Shown one piece after another: positions 11,206 through 24,500 of a DNA stretch of 64,000 nt. Below the pieces are notes generated by a model. The model made no database searches, had not been told where the DNA came from, and was given only the letters and a program-made list of their open reading frames with translations. Positions within the stretch are counted from its first letter, which is position 1; the number at the start of each line of letters is the position of its first letter. This DNA comes from Albugo candida (taxonomy: Eukaryota), in the NCBI GenBank assembly GCA_040437565.1, contig JBDOQK010000045.1, positions 124,001-188,000 on the forward strand, given 5' to 3'. Position numbers and translations under genes: made by a program.

Positions 11206-14200
11206 ATGGATTCCAAATGCACGAAAAAATATGATGTCATTGTTCAGAATAAATAGCTGCAGCCACCACCGGACTTGTTGGAGTTGAATAGAGTTCTGGC
11301 GAAGCGATTGAAAAGGTATTGAATGAATTCGCTGCCACCCAAGGCGATGAAATACTGACAAAATCATCCTACACGCAGCGTAACGGGCACTATACGATTC
11401 ATTACAAATGTTACCGAGGAGGGTCCTACCGCAATCGGCTTAGTCTTACGGAAGGGAATGGAGCACGAAGGACTTCGTCAGTACTCGCCAATTGTCCATT
11501 TCGCTTGAAAGCCATACAGGATGAACTGCACTGGACTTTCCATGTGGTTAAAGAGGATTATAATCATATGCCATCCACCTCCACAAGCGCCCATCCTGTC
11601 CACCCCAGACTCTAAACAGAAATGGAAAAGACAATAGCCGGATTGAATGATGCTTGGGTCCCAACGAGAAAAATTCAAACATGTTTTTGGAACGATCATG
11701 GTGTTGTTTGCCTAAAGCAAAACTGATAAACGTCCGCCGAGCCGCAATTCTCAAAACTTTGGATGGCCGTACACCGATGGATGCACTTGTACAGAAATTT
11801 CGCAGATTGCAATTTGATATTGAAACAATAGTGAGCAATGATGACGGCAAATTGCTCACTTGTACTTTGCCCATCCAAGATCTACCGAGATGGCTCGAAG
11901 CCACAATGAAAAATTTCTCGTGGATCCCACATCTAAGACAATTCCTTATGGTTTCCGTTGTTGAATCTCGTTTGGTGCTCGTCGATGTATAAAACATTGT
12001 CCGTCGCAATTGTTTTCATGACGAACGAGAGTCAATTCTCATAATCTTCAGCAATAACATTCTTTCGATGGATCTTTAGGGACGGATTTCTTCTGAAAGT
12101 TTTTGCCGTTGATCGCGAGCTGGCGTTAATTTCAGAGATTCAAGAATACTTCCCTACTTCCCAAAGCTTTTATGTGTATGGCATATTGAAAAAAACATAG
12201 TGAAAAAATGCAAAGCATCTATTCCAAAAGAAGAAGAATTGATAGCCTTCATGAAAGATTGGAGGGCAATCATGTACGCACAAACAGAAGGCTCCTTCGA
12301 TGAACTATGGCAACGATACAAATTGCNNNNNNNNNNNNNNNNNNNNNNNNNNNNNNNNNNNNNNNNNNNNNNNNNNNNNNNNNNNNNNNNNNNNNNNNNN
12401 NNNNNNNNNNNNNNNNNNNNNNNNNNCACGAAAAAATATGATGTCATTGTTCAGAATAAATAGCTGCAGCCACCACCGGACTTGTTGGAGTTGAATAGAG
12501 TTCTGGCGAAGCGATTGAAAAGGTATTGAATGAATTCGCTGCCACCCAAGGCGATGAAATACTGACAAAATCATCCTACACGCAGCGTAACGGGCACTAT
12601 ACGATTCATTACAAATGTTACCGAGGAGGGTCCTACCGCAATCGGCTTAGTCTTACGGAAGGGAATGGAGCACGAAGGACTTCGTCAGTACTCGCCAATT
12701 GTCCATTTCGCTTGAAAGCCATACAGGATGAACTGCACTGGACTTTCCATGTGGTTAAAGAGGATTATAATCATATGCCATCCACCTCCACAAGCGCCCA
12801 TCCTGTCCACCCCAGACTCTAAACAGAAATGGAAAAGACAATAGCCGGATTGAATGATGCTTGGGTCCCAACGAGAAAAATTCAAACATGTTTTTGGAAC
12901 GATCATGGTGTTGTTTGCCTAAAGCAAAACTGATAAACGTCCGCCGAGCCGCAATTCTCAAAACTTTGGATGGCCGTACACCGATGGATGCACTTGTACA
13001 GAAATTTCGCAGATTGCAATTTGATATTGAAACAATAGTGAGCAATGATGACGGCAAATTGCTCACTTGTACTTTGCCCATCCAAGATCTACCGAGATGG
13101 CTCGAAGCCACAATGAAAAATTTCTCGTGGATCCCACATCTAAGACAATTCCTTATGGTTTCCGTTGTTGAATCTCGTTTGGTGCTCGTCGATGTATAAA
13201 ACATTGTCCGTCGCAATTGTTTTCATGACGAACGAGAGTCAATTCTCATAATCTTCAGCAATAACATTCTTTCGATGGATCTTTAGGGACGGATTTCTTC
13301 TGAAAGTTTTTGCCGTTGATCGCGAGCTGGCGTTAATTTCAGAGATTCAAGAATACTTCCCTACTTCCCAAAGCTTTTATGTGTATGGCATATTGAAAAA
13401 AACATAGTGAAAAAATGCAAAGCATCTATTCCAAAAGAAGAAGAATTGATAGCCTTCATGAAAGATTGGAGGGCAATCATGTACGCACAAACAGAAGGCT
13501 CCTTCGATGAACTATGGCAACGATACAAATTGCCTGCAGACAGTGAAAGCACCTAGTATATTGTCGAAACATGGATTCCCTACAAAGAAATGTTTCTTAC
13601 TGCTTGGACTGACCGTATAACGCATATCGGTCATACTGCAACCTCGCGCGGTGAAAGCGGTCACCACATGCTCAAGCAATGCATGCCAACTAGCATGAAC
13701 AATCCTTTATCGTGCTGCGAAAAATGACATTTAACTATTGAAAATAATGTTGCAGAGCACGATGTGTCCCGACAGTGTCAACAAATGAGAATATGCAGCT
13801 ATGCACAGCCGACTCCTCAAGGAATATTTTTCGCGATATCAAGTTGAAAAATTCTCATTTTGCACTGAATAAAATCTACGAGCAGTTGAAAGTTGCCCGC
13901 CAGCCACAAAGAAACGACGAAGACGTATGCTGTGGAGTATTTTCCACAGGCTGGGGTTTTCTCTGTAAGCACAAACTGCGTCAATAGCTGTGTCATAAAC
14001 AAACTTGGCAAATGAGCTACATTTATCCGCATTGGCACTTGGCTAAGCCCCAGCAACTAAGTCCACTTCTGTTGCGGCCAGCCAGAACTCTCCCGATGTT
14101 ACTTGATCAAGTGGCCACCTGCTTTGGGTCCTTGACAGACCATCAGCAGGCAACGACATTTGACAAACTTCAGACACTTTCGCAAAACTTTTAGAAAACT

Positions 14201-14401
14201 TAACAATAGCCAGTAGTAGCGCGCCCCAAAAGGAAGGGCGCGTCAACAAAATGGATCGACGCAACGCAATTCATCTGGGTTTGAATATGTGGAACCCAAG
14301 GAAATACCAAAAAACGTTTATGCAGAGCTTGTGGGGAAGCAGGGCACCGCTCGGACTCTGAGAAGTGCAAGAAAAACATCAAACAAGAACTTCTATCATG
14401 A
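11206..14401 (+). pseudogene. MULE transposase relic (FAR1-like, MULE DDE, SWIM-like, zinc knuckle)
   Basis: YKCYRGG..RRTSSVLANCPFRL..W..YNH; LCVWHIEKNI; HTATSRGESGH; CCGVFSTGWGFLCKH; IYPHWHL; CRACGEAGH. Frameshifted. Confidence 0.88.
11220..13533. repeat. Direct duplication 11220-12326 = 12427-13533 across a gap (likely assembly artefact)
   Basis: Apparently identical sequence on both sides of a 100-N gap, offset 1207; the ORF track repeats exactly. Confidence 0.9.
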
Positions 14402-15689
14402 AGCCTAGGTAGACGCAGTGATATAGGCATCCTATCGATTAATCCTTTTGGTTTACACAAATTACCAATCAGATATCTTTTGTCTGTGGCAATAGTGAAA
14501 ACGCGTGTGGGAAAAGTGAAAACGATCGATGAATCCAACAGATCAGCCAATGATATTATTTTACACAAATTAGCCAATCAGAGATGTGTTGTCTGTGGCA
14601 ATAGTCACACCCTAAAATATATTATAAAAATACTCCATTTTATAGTCAAAACTAAATAGAAAAAAAATACCGGCGCTAAATATGCTCACATCAATATCAT
14701 TTCTTTTCATATTCGATTAAGATATCGTAATAAAAATTTCCAATATGTATGTTATTCAAGATAGCCTAGGCATCGCGCCAAACATGCTTCGCGACAAAGC
14801 GCCATCAGAGAACTGGTCACTATTTGATACCAGTAAGCTTTCATTACGTCAGTCTTTGAAGTTCACGTTTGTAAAAATTTTGTGTAGAGTATAAAATGTG
14901 AAATTTCGCGTTCTTGAACTCAATATTAATGCCGTTTCAAGATGCACTGCCACGAATTGTTCATTCTGTCCCCTTGAAACAACTTTTTACCTCGTTATCG
15001 TGCTTATACGTCGGTTGAAGAAATCACACCCGACTATTGCTAGTTTCTCGACTTTCTGCGAAACGTGGATGATCACCTTTTTCGATGCGCATGTGACAAT
15101 TCCGATCCAAGTTCTCGCGATTTTTGATATACTGCTTGACCTTGTCTGTCGGAGAACGGTGTGTAAACATTCCATGTCTTTCATGTGAGCGGCAACAGCT
15201 GAGCCTTTTTAAAGGATTTTGAAACGTGCTGCGGCAGAGTCAACTAAGGAACTAAAGACATCCAGCAACAAATGCGCAACTTATAAAAAAATTCTAATGG
15301 CGATTTTTGAAGAAATCCCGAATCAAAGGTGCAGAGATTGATAACAGGACCATATTTTTCATTTCAGGTTCTGGATGGTATTTTATGATCATTCATCGAT
15401 TTTTGGCTGTGTATTAGAGTTCCGATTTAAAGAAACATTGCATTGTAGTGCTCTTTCATAATATATCTTACGTTGTAGCAGCAATACACCTACCTCATCG
15501 ACCAATCATATTCATGTTATACAAATTAGCCGATCAGAGGTGTTTTGTCTGTGGCATTTGTCCATGGCAACAGTCAAACCCTATCTAATCATAGATGGCA
15601 TACCTAAAACTTACTACAGAAGCTGCTAAAGCATAGCTGTCTGTGAGAATTGAATTTGGGACTCTTCGATGTAGTCGGTTTTGCTCACA

Positions 15690-17640
15690 GCATATTCCGC
15701 GGCTTTTCCGATTATATCTATCCGATCCACATCCATATAAAGAAAGTACTTTCTAGCATGTCGACGGATTATTCGAACGAAACGAAGCCCAGTGCTTTCG
15801 AAGACGTTGCAACCAATCCTTCTATGTGTAATCGCAATTCTTCCTTGCGTATCATTTTGCTTCCACCCGAAAATGTTTTATGAAACTTAATTTCGCAATA
15901 GCATTTAAAATAAAATATGATGAGATGGCCCGCTGCGGTGATTTTTTCTTCCAACAAACCCTTTTGAGCTTGAAAGTTTGGCTGGTTCTGAATACCTGTA
16001 TCACCACATTTACCCCGGCAATCCAGGCGAAGGTCAGGCATCCAAAGGTTGCGTTCCTGCAGGAGATCTTCATGGCTTTTATTATCCAGCCAGATGATGA
16101 TCTGCGGGGATTACCATGAATTGCGCTGCCCCATCTCCAAACATTAGATTCTTCGCATCACAGGTTTCTTTTTTCCCGGTACAAGATTCATCCGTCGAGA
16201 TACGAGAGCATTTTCAGCAAATACCGCGTGGCTAGTCGAATTGTCGGAAGCGAAGAATTCTTTTGCAGCGAAAATGGGAAGTGAAGCCTCTCGGACTTCT
16301 TGTGAATGTCTTCCACAGTCCACCAACCATCATAGTTCTTGCCGGGATATGTGATTATGCAGGACGTTTCTGAAAGATTGCTGCGTTGAAGCTGCATTTC
16401 TTTGGTCAAAGCTAGTCAGCCTCGTTAAATCAAACAGAAAATGTTAACTCTTAATCAAAGTAACGAGCGCAACGGTAAAACAATAGACTTACCAACATCA
16501 CTAAGTTAATCGCTGACATGTATCGACCTTCCAGCCCTCTTCTCCAGCGGTGTCTGTTCACCATCCGGAAGCCATTGCTTCGTCTGGCCATCATGGGCGG
16601 CAAACGTGCTTTCATCATGCGTCCCTAGGATGACGGTATCTAAGGGAGCCAAATCTCTGATTATATTTCCGGCCCAACAAATACCGGCATGAATAGCTCA
16701 TAGCTTCTCATTCGCGTTAGAAACTGAGTACGATATGACAAAACATCTGCTCGTTCATGGCCATCAACGTACATGCCTTTATTCAACACTGAATAGCGTA
16801 GGATAATTAATGCTAAGCGGCAGGTCGCATTGCCGGGGTAAAAGATGCGGCGGATTATCTTTGGAAGTATTTGATCTTTGCCATGCTTAGTAAAATTCGT
16901 AGGCACTTCGCAGAATTCATTTGGTAGAGGTTGAAGCTGCACATTAACATGATATCTTCATTCTGTAGTAAGCTGATTGTTTTAACATGCTTTACCTGCG
17001 TACTCTCGAAAAAAAATAGCTTCAAAATATATACATCCCCAGCCACGAAGCATCTCGGCAAATCAACGCCATTTTCCATCCGCCGCCACAATTATTTGCG
17101 AGGTGGCAACTCTCGATTTTGCGTTCACGACAGAACGTAAATGTATAAAATGATGGACTACAGATGTGGAAAAAAAATCAGGTAATTTGACTGCCATCAT
17201 TTAAAAGCCTGAACTATCATGCAACGGAGGCAAGACGCGGTCGCTTGATTTCCTCCTGTAGTTCATTTCGTTTGACCAGTTTTACAAGCGCTCTTCGAAT
17301 ATTGTTAGGAGAAGAAGTCTATCATCTAACGAGCCCTCGCTCTCAGAATCTATGGACCGACGCTGTGTTGGTTTCGCCATGAAGTCTGTCTCTAGCTTTG
17401 TTGAACCAACCGCCGCTTTTTCCTGCACTTCACTTTTTCAGCGCTTTGTTCTGTCGAACTTTCAAAGGTACCGAGAAGGCCGTTCGCAAGCCGACTCAAT
17501 CCTCATAATAATTGTCTCCTTTTCATAATCCTCGAATTCAATTTCTTATCCGCCTTTATATCGCTCCAATGGTCGATACTTGGTCTTACAGTATTTCCCG
17601 CTTTCTTGGTCTCAAAAGCAGCCCGCATAGCTTGTATGGG
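15690..17640 (-). pseudogene. DDE transposase relic (Tc1/mariner-IS630 type) with intron 16421-16492
   Basis: Motifs YVDGHERADV, THDESTFAAHDG, GRSIHVSD, YPGKNYDGWW, DNSTSH, QERNLW, AGHLIIFY. Many stops and frameshifts. Confidence 0.88.
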
Positions 17641-17689
17641 ACGTTTCTGTTTTGAGGTTCGAGACATGCTGCTTAGATCAATTGACTGG

Positions 17690-19401
17690 AAGAAAAAAAA
17701 GAATCGCTATTTTGCGAAAGAAACAGGATTGTTAGTATCAAAGATAAATGTTATTGGGGTCAGGATTACGCCAATAATATGCATTGACGTTGTATGTCTG
17801 ATAATTCTTCATTTTGACCGTAAAAATAATAATTTCAGGTTATAGATGACTTGCACTATATAATTATCTAAAACTTTTTTTACTGTTAGTCCCGTTCATG
17901 ATAAAATGCTTTTCCGCTTAATGGCTAAGATCAAGTGTAGTATCAGGTAAAGAACTTAATATAGGATCTATTGTGCGCTCGACTCATCAACAAAAGAGAA
18001 CTAAGCATATAACATATTAGGCTTTCAATCTTGAATAAGATTGAAAAATCGATCAGGAATTCGATGGCGTTGTAAATGTTTGGAATTGTCGACTTGTTCT
18101 CGGCTCGTGTGGCCAATGAAGCATACAAATGCTTACCGTGCAAAGACTTCGGGGTGCCTCGAACTTTGCTCATAATCGATTTTTCTTTGTCTAAATCAGT
18201 TGCAATCAATAGTATGGAGATTATGCGAAGCCAATTTTACCAGTTCATTCAGATTTAGTGTTTCATTCTCAAGTCAGACGGATTCTTCCCCATATCTGAA
18301 TACTCAATTTTTGTCTTCGAAGACCGATCACAATCGCGAAAGCTGGGCAATTTGTGTTCAAACCCAAATATTCTATTTTAAATGAGAGCCTGCATTCAAA
18401 TCCATTTGTACGCCATGTGATACTATTATCGACATCCCTACCGTTAAAAGCAATCGATGAGTCTTGGGTTTAGCGTCCGAGAATTTAAGACCAAANNNNN
18501 NNNNNNNNNNNNNNNNNNNNNNNNNNNNNNNNNNNNNNNNNNNNNNNNNNNNNNNNNNNNNNNNNNNNNNNNNNNNNNNNNNNNNNNNNNNNNNNAAGAA
18601 AAAAAAGAATCGCTATTTTGCGAAAGAAACAGGATTGTTAGTATCAAAGATAAATGTTATTGGGGTCAGGATTACGCCAATAATATGCATTGACGTTGTA
18701 TGTCTGATAATTCTTCATTTTGACCGTAAAAATAATAATTTCAGGTTATAGATGACTTGCACTATATAATTATCTAAAACTTTTTTTACTGTTAGTCCCG
18801 TTCATGATAAAATGCTTTTCCGCTTAATGGCTAAGATCAAGTGTAGTATCAGGTAAAGAACTTAATATAGGATCTATTGTGCGCTCGACTCATCAACAAA
18901 AGAGAACTAAGCATATAACATATTAGGCTTTCAATCTTGAATAAGATTGAAAAATCGATCAGGAATTCGATGGCGTTGTAAATGTTTGGAATTGTCGACT
19001 TGTTCTCGGCTCGTGTGGCCAATGAAGCATACAAATGCTTACCGTGCAAAGACTTCGGGGTGCCTCGAACTTTGCTCATAATCGATTTTTCTTTGTCTAA
19101 ATCAGTTGCAATCAATAGTATGGAGATTATGCGAAGCCAATTTTACCAGTTCATTCAGATTTAGTGTTTCATTCTCAAGTCAGACGGATTCTTCCCCATA
19201 TCTGAATACTCAATTTTTGTCTTCGAAGACCGATCACAATCGCGAAAGCTGGGCAATTTGTGTTCAAACCCAAATATTCTATTTTAAATGAGAGCCTGCA
19301 TTCAAATCCATTTGTACGCCATGTGATACTATTATCGACATCCCTACCGTTAAAAGCAATCGATGAGTCTTGGGTTTAGCGTCCGAGAATTTAAGACCAA
19401 A
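17690..19401. repeat. Direct duplication 17690-18495 = 18596-19401 across a gap (likely artefact)
   Basis: Apparently identical, offset 906, abutting an N gap. Confidence 0.9.
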
Positions 19402-21347
19402 AAGTCAGTTTGAGTTTGACGTTACTGGATTGTACATATCTAAAATTCTCCAGACCGTAGACCAAGAATTGTACATTTCCAGGTTTTTCGTAAAAGCTTT
19501 GTTCGAAATGAAAAATCATGATGCTGATCGAAGGATCATAAGTAGTGTCCGTGGAACGCCCCAATTTACAGTTCAAGAGTAAAAATTACCGGATGTTTCG
19601 ACGAGACTGGATAGAGCAAGCTAATATTCAACTAGTGAAGACCAACGAAGGTTTGATTGTAAGGTTAACAAAAAACATCAGTTTTCATTCACCTGCTGAA
19701 GAGAAAAAAAATCTATTCGTCGAAAAAGCTTTCCTTAAAGGGAACAATGTATTAGCCGACGCACGTGCCTGAAAGTTCTCCACTGTGATAGCTGTTATAA
19801 CATGATGAAATTGTTTTCGTATACATGGTGGACTATCTTATTTCTTATTCATAATATTCGTCCTACGATAGTTCTAGAATCACCTCCGTCCCCATCACAT
19901 TAGCATAATCTATCTTTCCTATTTGTGCATATAGGATAAATGAGCGTAAAAGCTTCCGAATAACGTGTTTCTCTAATATTCTTTGCCAACGAAGCAAAAC
20001 ATCAAAGTAGTGACAATAGAATGATAAGTACCCTTTACTTAAATGCAAAACACTTTCAGAGGAGAAAAAAATGCCTTCACGAGCAATCAGACAGTTACTT
20101 GCTTTCGCACCTCGCTAAAATCGATCTAATACAATGATTTTCTGTCCATTTTCTGCTTGCTTGCCTGATAACTTGCTTTATCCAAATTGCACCAAAATCG
20201 TCGCAGAAATGAGACGAATCTTGAACTAATTCTATAAAACAATTTCGTCTGAACGAATCTCTTTACACCGTCGATTGAGTGTCTTTGTACAATTTGATGG
20301 CTACCTAGAGAGTGAAGTCTCCATTTGCGTTTGGTCTACAGAGGTACGACTCATAACCGCGTGATGGCCATTTTTCGGTATGATTGAACTTGAAGGATAC
20401 TTAAGGGTAAAAGCGATTGCAAATGAAGCACGCATCTCATCATCATAGATAGAACAATGGTTCAATGATATCCTAATTGTGCAAATAAAAGATATAAAAA
20501 ACCTTGTACCCTACCTCGCCTTTACCGTAGAGCATGGCATTGCATGGGAATTAATCCCAGTTGAAGATTACGATCATTTCTGGAGAACCACAGAGCATAC
20601 TTATAGAAGCTGATTCAGCTTAGGATTTTTTATTCACGAGCTTTACGAAAAGTCGGGAATGAATGCCTGTTTTTTTACCGTAAGCATGGTTCAATATGGA
20701 GAAGTGCACCATCACTTTAAAGGGATAAAATGAAGCAATATAAGTAATCAACCAGCTTTACTTCAGTCTTTATTCATTGAAAGAAACACCGATAAAATTC
20801 CCTCGGTAAATGGAGATAATCAAGTATAATGATTAATCACTCATTTTACTCATTTTGATAAAACTGCGATGCCGGAAGATTTTTGGGTCTTTCTTAACTA
20901 AATAATCGCTTGAGCCTTGTTCTTTCCCAATATGATAGAATGGACATTAGTGGTTTGGCTGTTGATATCCTATAATGCAATCAAGAATCAAACTTTGTAC
21001 AAAAGTAGCGACTAAAGGGTCCAATACCAGTAATCCATTAAATCGTGTGAGTACATCGACCTAATCGACCGTAGAAACGCTTTATTTAAAAAAAGGATAG
21101 TACAGACCGACTCCAATCTTCATCGCGATACCCATGGGAATTACCGTGATATCGGTGAAGCACGTTCTCAAGTAACTTCATCAGAAACGGACAAAAAAGA
21201 GCATTGGTTGATACCGGCTCTGTACATTGATTCACATACAGAATTACGGAAGCACATTTGGTGAGATCACTTCCGCTTAATATATTTCCATAGCTCGATC
21301 GGGATAAAGAAATCCCTTAGATAAAAAGGCGATGTCGGAAGATGGCT

Positions 21348-21541
21348 TATTGGAAGAGCAACAGTCGCTGTCAAAAAGCGTTGCTGTAGAACGACCACTT
21401 CGGAGTATCGGCTGTTTCTATCCTTGGACGGTGGGAAAACCAGGCGAAGATGATGTCTTGTGAAGAGATAAAACCCTCGTAGCATGTAGATAACAATAAA
21501 TAACACTTCTATATTTGCACTGGCATCATTCCTTTTGAACA
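21348..21541 (+). repeat. 5' LTR of copia element
   Basis: 194-bp direct repeat of 26696-26886; about 14 substitutions and 2 indels by manual alignment. Confidence 0.95.
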
Positions 21542-21552
21542 GGTCATGAGAC

Positions 21553-24500
21553 CATGAATAATGTCGCCCACGCGATGGAGCCCACCGCGGGACCTAAGAC
21601 AGATGCTGGTCGCGAAAGGGCCGGTAGTCCACAAAGTGATGACTTAGAAGTCAAGGCAGAGGCGATGCCACGGAACTCTGATAACAGACTGGTGGACCTA
21701 CCGACGGGACTAGCGGAGTGAATCGACAAGCTAGAGGCGTTACAAGAGGCCAAAAACCAGTTACTTGAAAGAAGGTCCATCGTGTTCGGCTCGGTGATCG
21801 GCCAAGGACAGCCTGTGAATTGGAATTACACCGCCAAGAGCTCGGTCTATAAACCTGTCTCCAAAAACATACTTCGGGATGAATCAAGCTGGGTATGAAA
21901 GTGCGGCTGACAATGTCTAGAGGGCACAAGCTCCGCAGCCGGGGTTGCCCAAGCACTACATGCCTCCTCCATTGTATCAGAAGCGGCCTTTACCGCAGAA
22001 CGTCCCGTAGTATTCGACAGTACCTGATGCAAGACAGCGCAAGCTGAACATTCGCCGCTTTGATCGAAAGAAAGTTTCCCAGGGTCTAGGGAGTTATTTC
22101 TTGTACTGGGCGAAGAAGTTTGTACAGGAAGTCTCTTTCGCTGAGAGAGCGAGTGAATTTGCGTGGACAGAAGATGTCAAGATAGACGTACTTGGACACA
22201 ATTTTACCGGAATGGATGAGCATTACCATAGTTGCCAAGTTGAAGGTTGGTGGCAGGAGGAGCCAACATTGGAGCACGCCATGCAAAGGCTCCTTCATAC
22301 GTTTGCAACGAACATTTCCCCAGCACAGAGCATGAGACTATTTACGGCCCCCAAGAGTCTCAAGCGCAGCTGGACCGGGCACTATTTGTACCTGGTCGCA
22401 GTAAGCGATGCACGTGGTGGGGCAGACAGCTTGATACACGACAACATTGTCCACTATGCCGACGCATCGATCAAAGGATCAATGCTGGAGTGCTTAAACT
22501 TGACAAGGATTATTACCTGCGTCAAGCAGAGATATTGGCGCACTTCGCACAGTCGACGGAAATCGAGCTGCACGGAAAGCACATTGAAAAGTCGTCGTCA
22601 ACAACGTACGAAACGTGCGCAAAGGTTTGCGGAGGTGATAAAGTTGCGGAAAGCAAGGACACATACACGCTGCGTGTCCCGCGGATAAGGTTGACAGAAA
22701 ACACGCGATGACGTGGATTTTGTGCTTGCAGTGGACGACAGCAGCGCTGATTAAGGAAAGTGGAAAGTGGATAGCGGCTCGATCCGTTACCTGCTAAACC
22801 AGGAAAGGATGCTCGAGGATCCAGAGGACTTTCAAGGCGAGTGCGTCACAGCTGACGGAGTACGCCTGTGCATCACGAATCTGGAAGCGTCACAATTACA
22901 ACCACAGTGAAGGACAAGGTCAAAAAAGTGCGGCTTTTGGATGTCCAATATGCCGAAAACCTTGTAAGGAACATCACTACTATGGCGTTTTGGAGGTCAA
23001 AGGGTTCGTGATATCCTATCTAGGGAATGGAAGGGTCGTCGTTAACGTTGAAAGTAGGATGGCCATCTTTGATATCGACAAGATAAACAATGTGCTCGTT
23101 GTGCAGTCTCATGGAAGCGGATGCTTCAACAGGTCAAGGGATGTGCTAATGAAGACGTTGGAGCAAGCCGAAACTGGAGTGAGTCAAAACTTGCAAAAGA
23201 TCGCTTATACACTTTCACAGAAGACTTGCGCAACTAAACTACAACACTATTATTCGCATGGCCAAAGATCCAGCTTACGTAATCGAATTGACCAACTTAA
23301 CACGTGAAAACTGCCTAGCTTGCGCCCAAGGGAAGCAGACCAAGAACTCGCAGTCGAAGAAAGCCACTTGCGAAAACGCACCTGTTGATGTTATGGGGGG
23401 GGAGTCATTTGCTCTGACTTGAAGGATCCCATGAACCCTCGTGATCGACTAGGAAATCGCTACATGGTAAACTTTGTGGACCATTGAACTACTATCGCGG
23501 TTTCTTGGCGAAGACAAAAGATGTGGCTGCCCAGAAGTTTAAACAATTCATGGCGTTTTTCGAACGGCAACATAATTGTACTATTAACGTTCTCGGACCG
23601 ACGGAGTTGGTGAATAGCAGAATCTGGATCTCTTTTGCAGGGACAAATAAATTGCTCGACAAATTAGTGAACCAAGAAACCAAGCCAGTAATGGCAAGGC
23701 TGAGCGAATGCATCGCACAATTATGAAAATAGTGCAGAGCATGATATTCGCGAGCGGTCTTTCACTGAGTTTCTGAGTTGATGCGGATGAATATGTTGCC
23801 ACATACTTAACCGAAGCCCAAGCACGGGAAACGCCGGTCGACAATCACCTCTACAAATGTTGACGAAAACGATACCTGTGTTGAACGACATTCTGGTTTT
23901 TGGATCACCATGCACTGTGCACCAGGATGCGAAGAGCAAATCACTGGGAGCGCGAGGTAAACAAGGCCTAATTAAACGCAAGAGTGATGACACCAAGGGT
24001 TACAGTGTGTACATACCAGGAAATAAGGTCGTGGTGATCACCCAAAATGTTAAGAACGTGGAGACAATAACGAAGCAGCAGAACGATAATCGGCTGTGGG
24101 AGCAGAAAGAAGGAGGTGTCGAAGGTGTTCGAGACGATTTAGCGCAGCAAGAGACGACACAAGAGACAGTTCAGGCTAAAGAGTGCAAGAATCGAACAAG
24201 AATGAGTGGATGGGCGCGAGAGGCACATGAAACCGGATCGATAACCAGAAAGATTCGAGATGGAATTGAAGATTGGAAGTTGAAGGAGCACACGGATGTG
24301 GTGAATAGCATTCGCGTGAGTGACCCAAAAAACTATAGTCAGTCCATGAGATGCGGTCAAAAGGACAAGTGGGTTGTCGCCATGGATGGAGGAAGAACTG
24401 GAAGCTTTGCAAGAAAATAACGTGTGGTAGCTGCAACTACCGCCATGAGGAAGTCAGATTTTGCACACCAAATGGGTGTCCAAAACAAAGTTGGATGCAG

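Larger units (their letters stand above)
10973..14612 (+). mobile_element. Mutator-like (MULE) transposon, decayed; length inflated by an assembly duplication
   Basis: TIR gggtgtgactattg at 10973 and caatagtcacaccc ending at 14612. Flanks taacgtata / taaaatata (7/9 match). Internal transposase relic. Confidence 0.88.
10846..15581. mobile_element. Outer MULE-type element with ~125-bp TIRs, host of the inner MULE
   Basis: 10846-10972 matches the reverse complement of 15460-15581 (shared gccacagacaaaa...ggctaatttgt...atatgattggtcgatgaggtag). Flanks tgtctgatt / tatctaatc may be a decayed TSD. Confidence 0.75.
10574..17858 (-). mobile_element. IS630-Tc1-mariner (Sagan-like) DNA transposon, interrupted by nested MULEs
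   Basis: Left TIR TA|cactgcatatcacctataagctg at 10574 and right TIR caggttatagatgacttgcacta|TA ending at 17858. Transposase relic on the minus strand at 15690-17640. Confidence 0.75.

Noticed and set aside
11220..13533. Tandem duplication of the MULE transposase 5' half
   Set aside because: Apparently identical copies directly abutting a 100-N gap; the same pattern occurs at four gaps, so it is most likely unmerged contig overlap.
16085..16119. Plus-strand PDDDLRGLP resembling the transposase motif, suggesting a micro-inversion
   Set aside because: The minus strand already reads through colinearly (PADHHLAG..QERNLW), so the resemblance is coincidental.
18596..19401. Second mariner-like TIR at ~18764 suggesting another element
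   Set aside because: It lies within the gap-flanking duplicate of 17690-18495.
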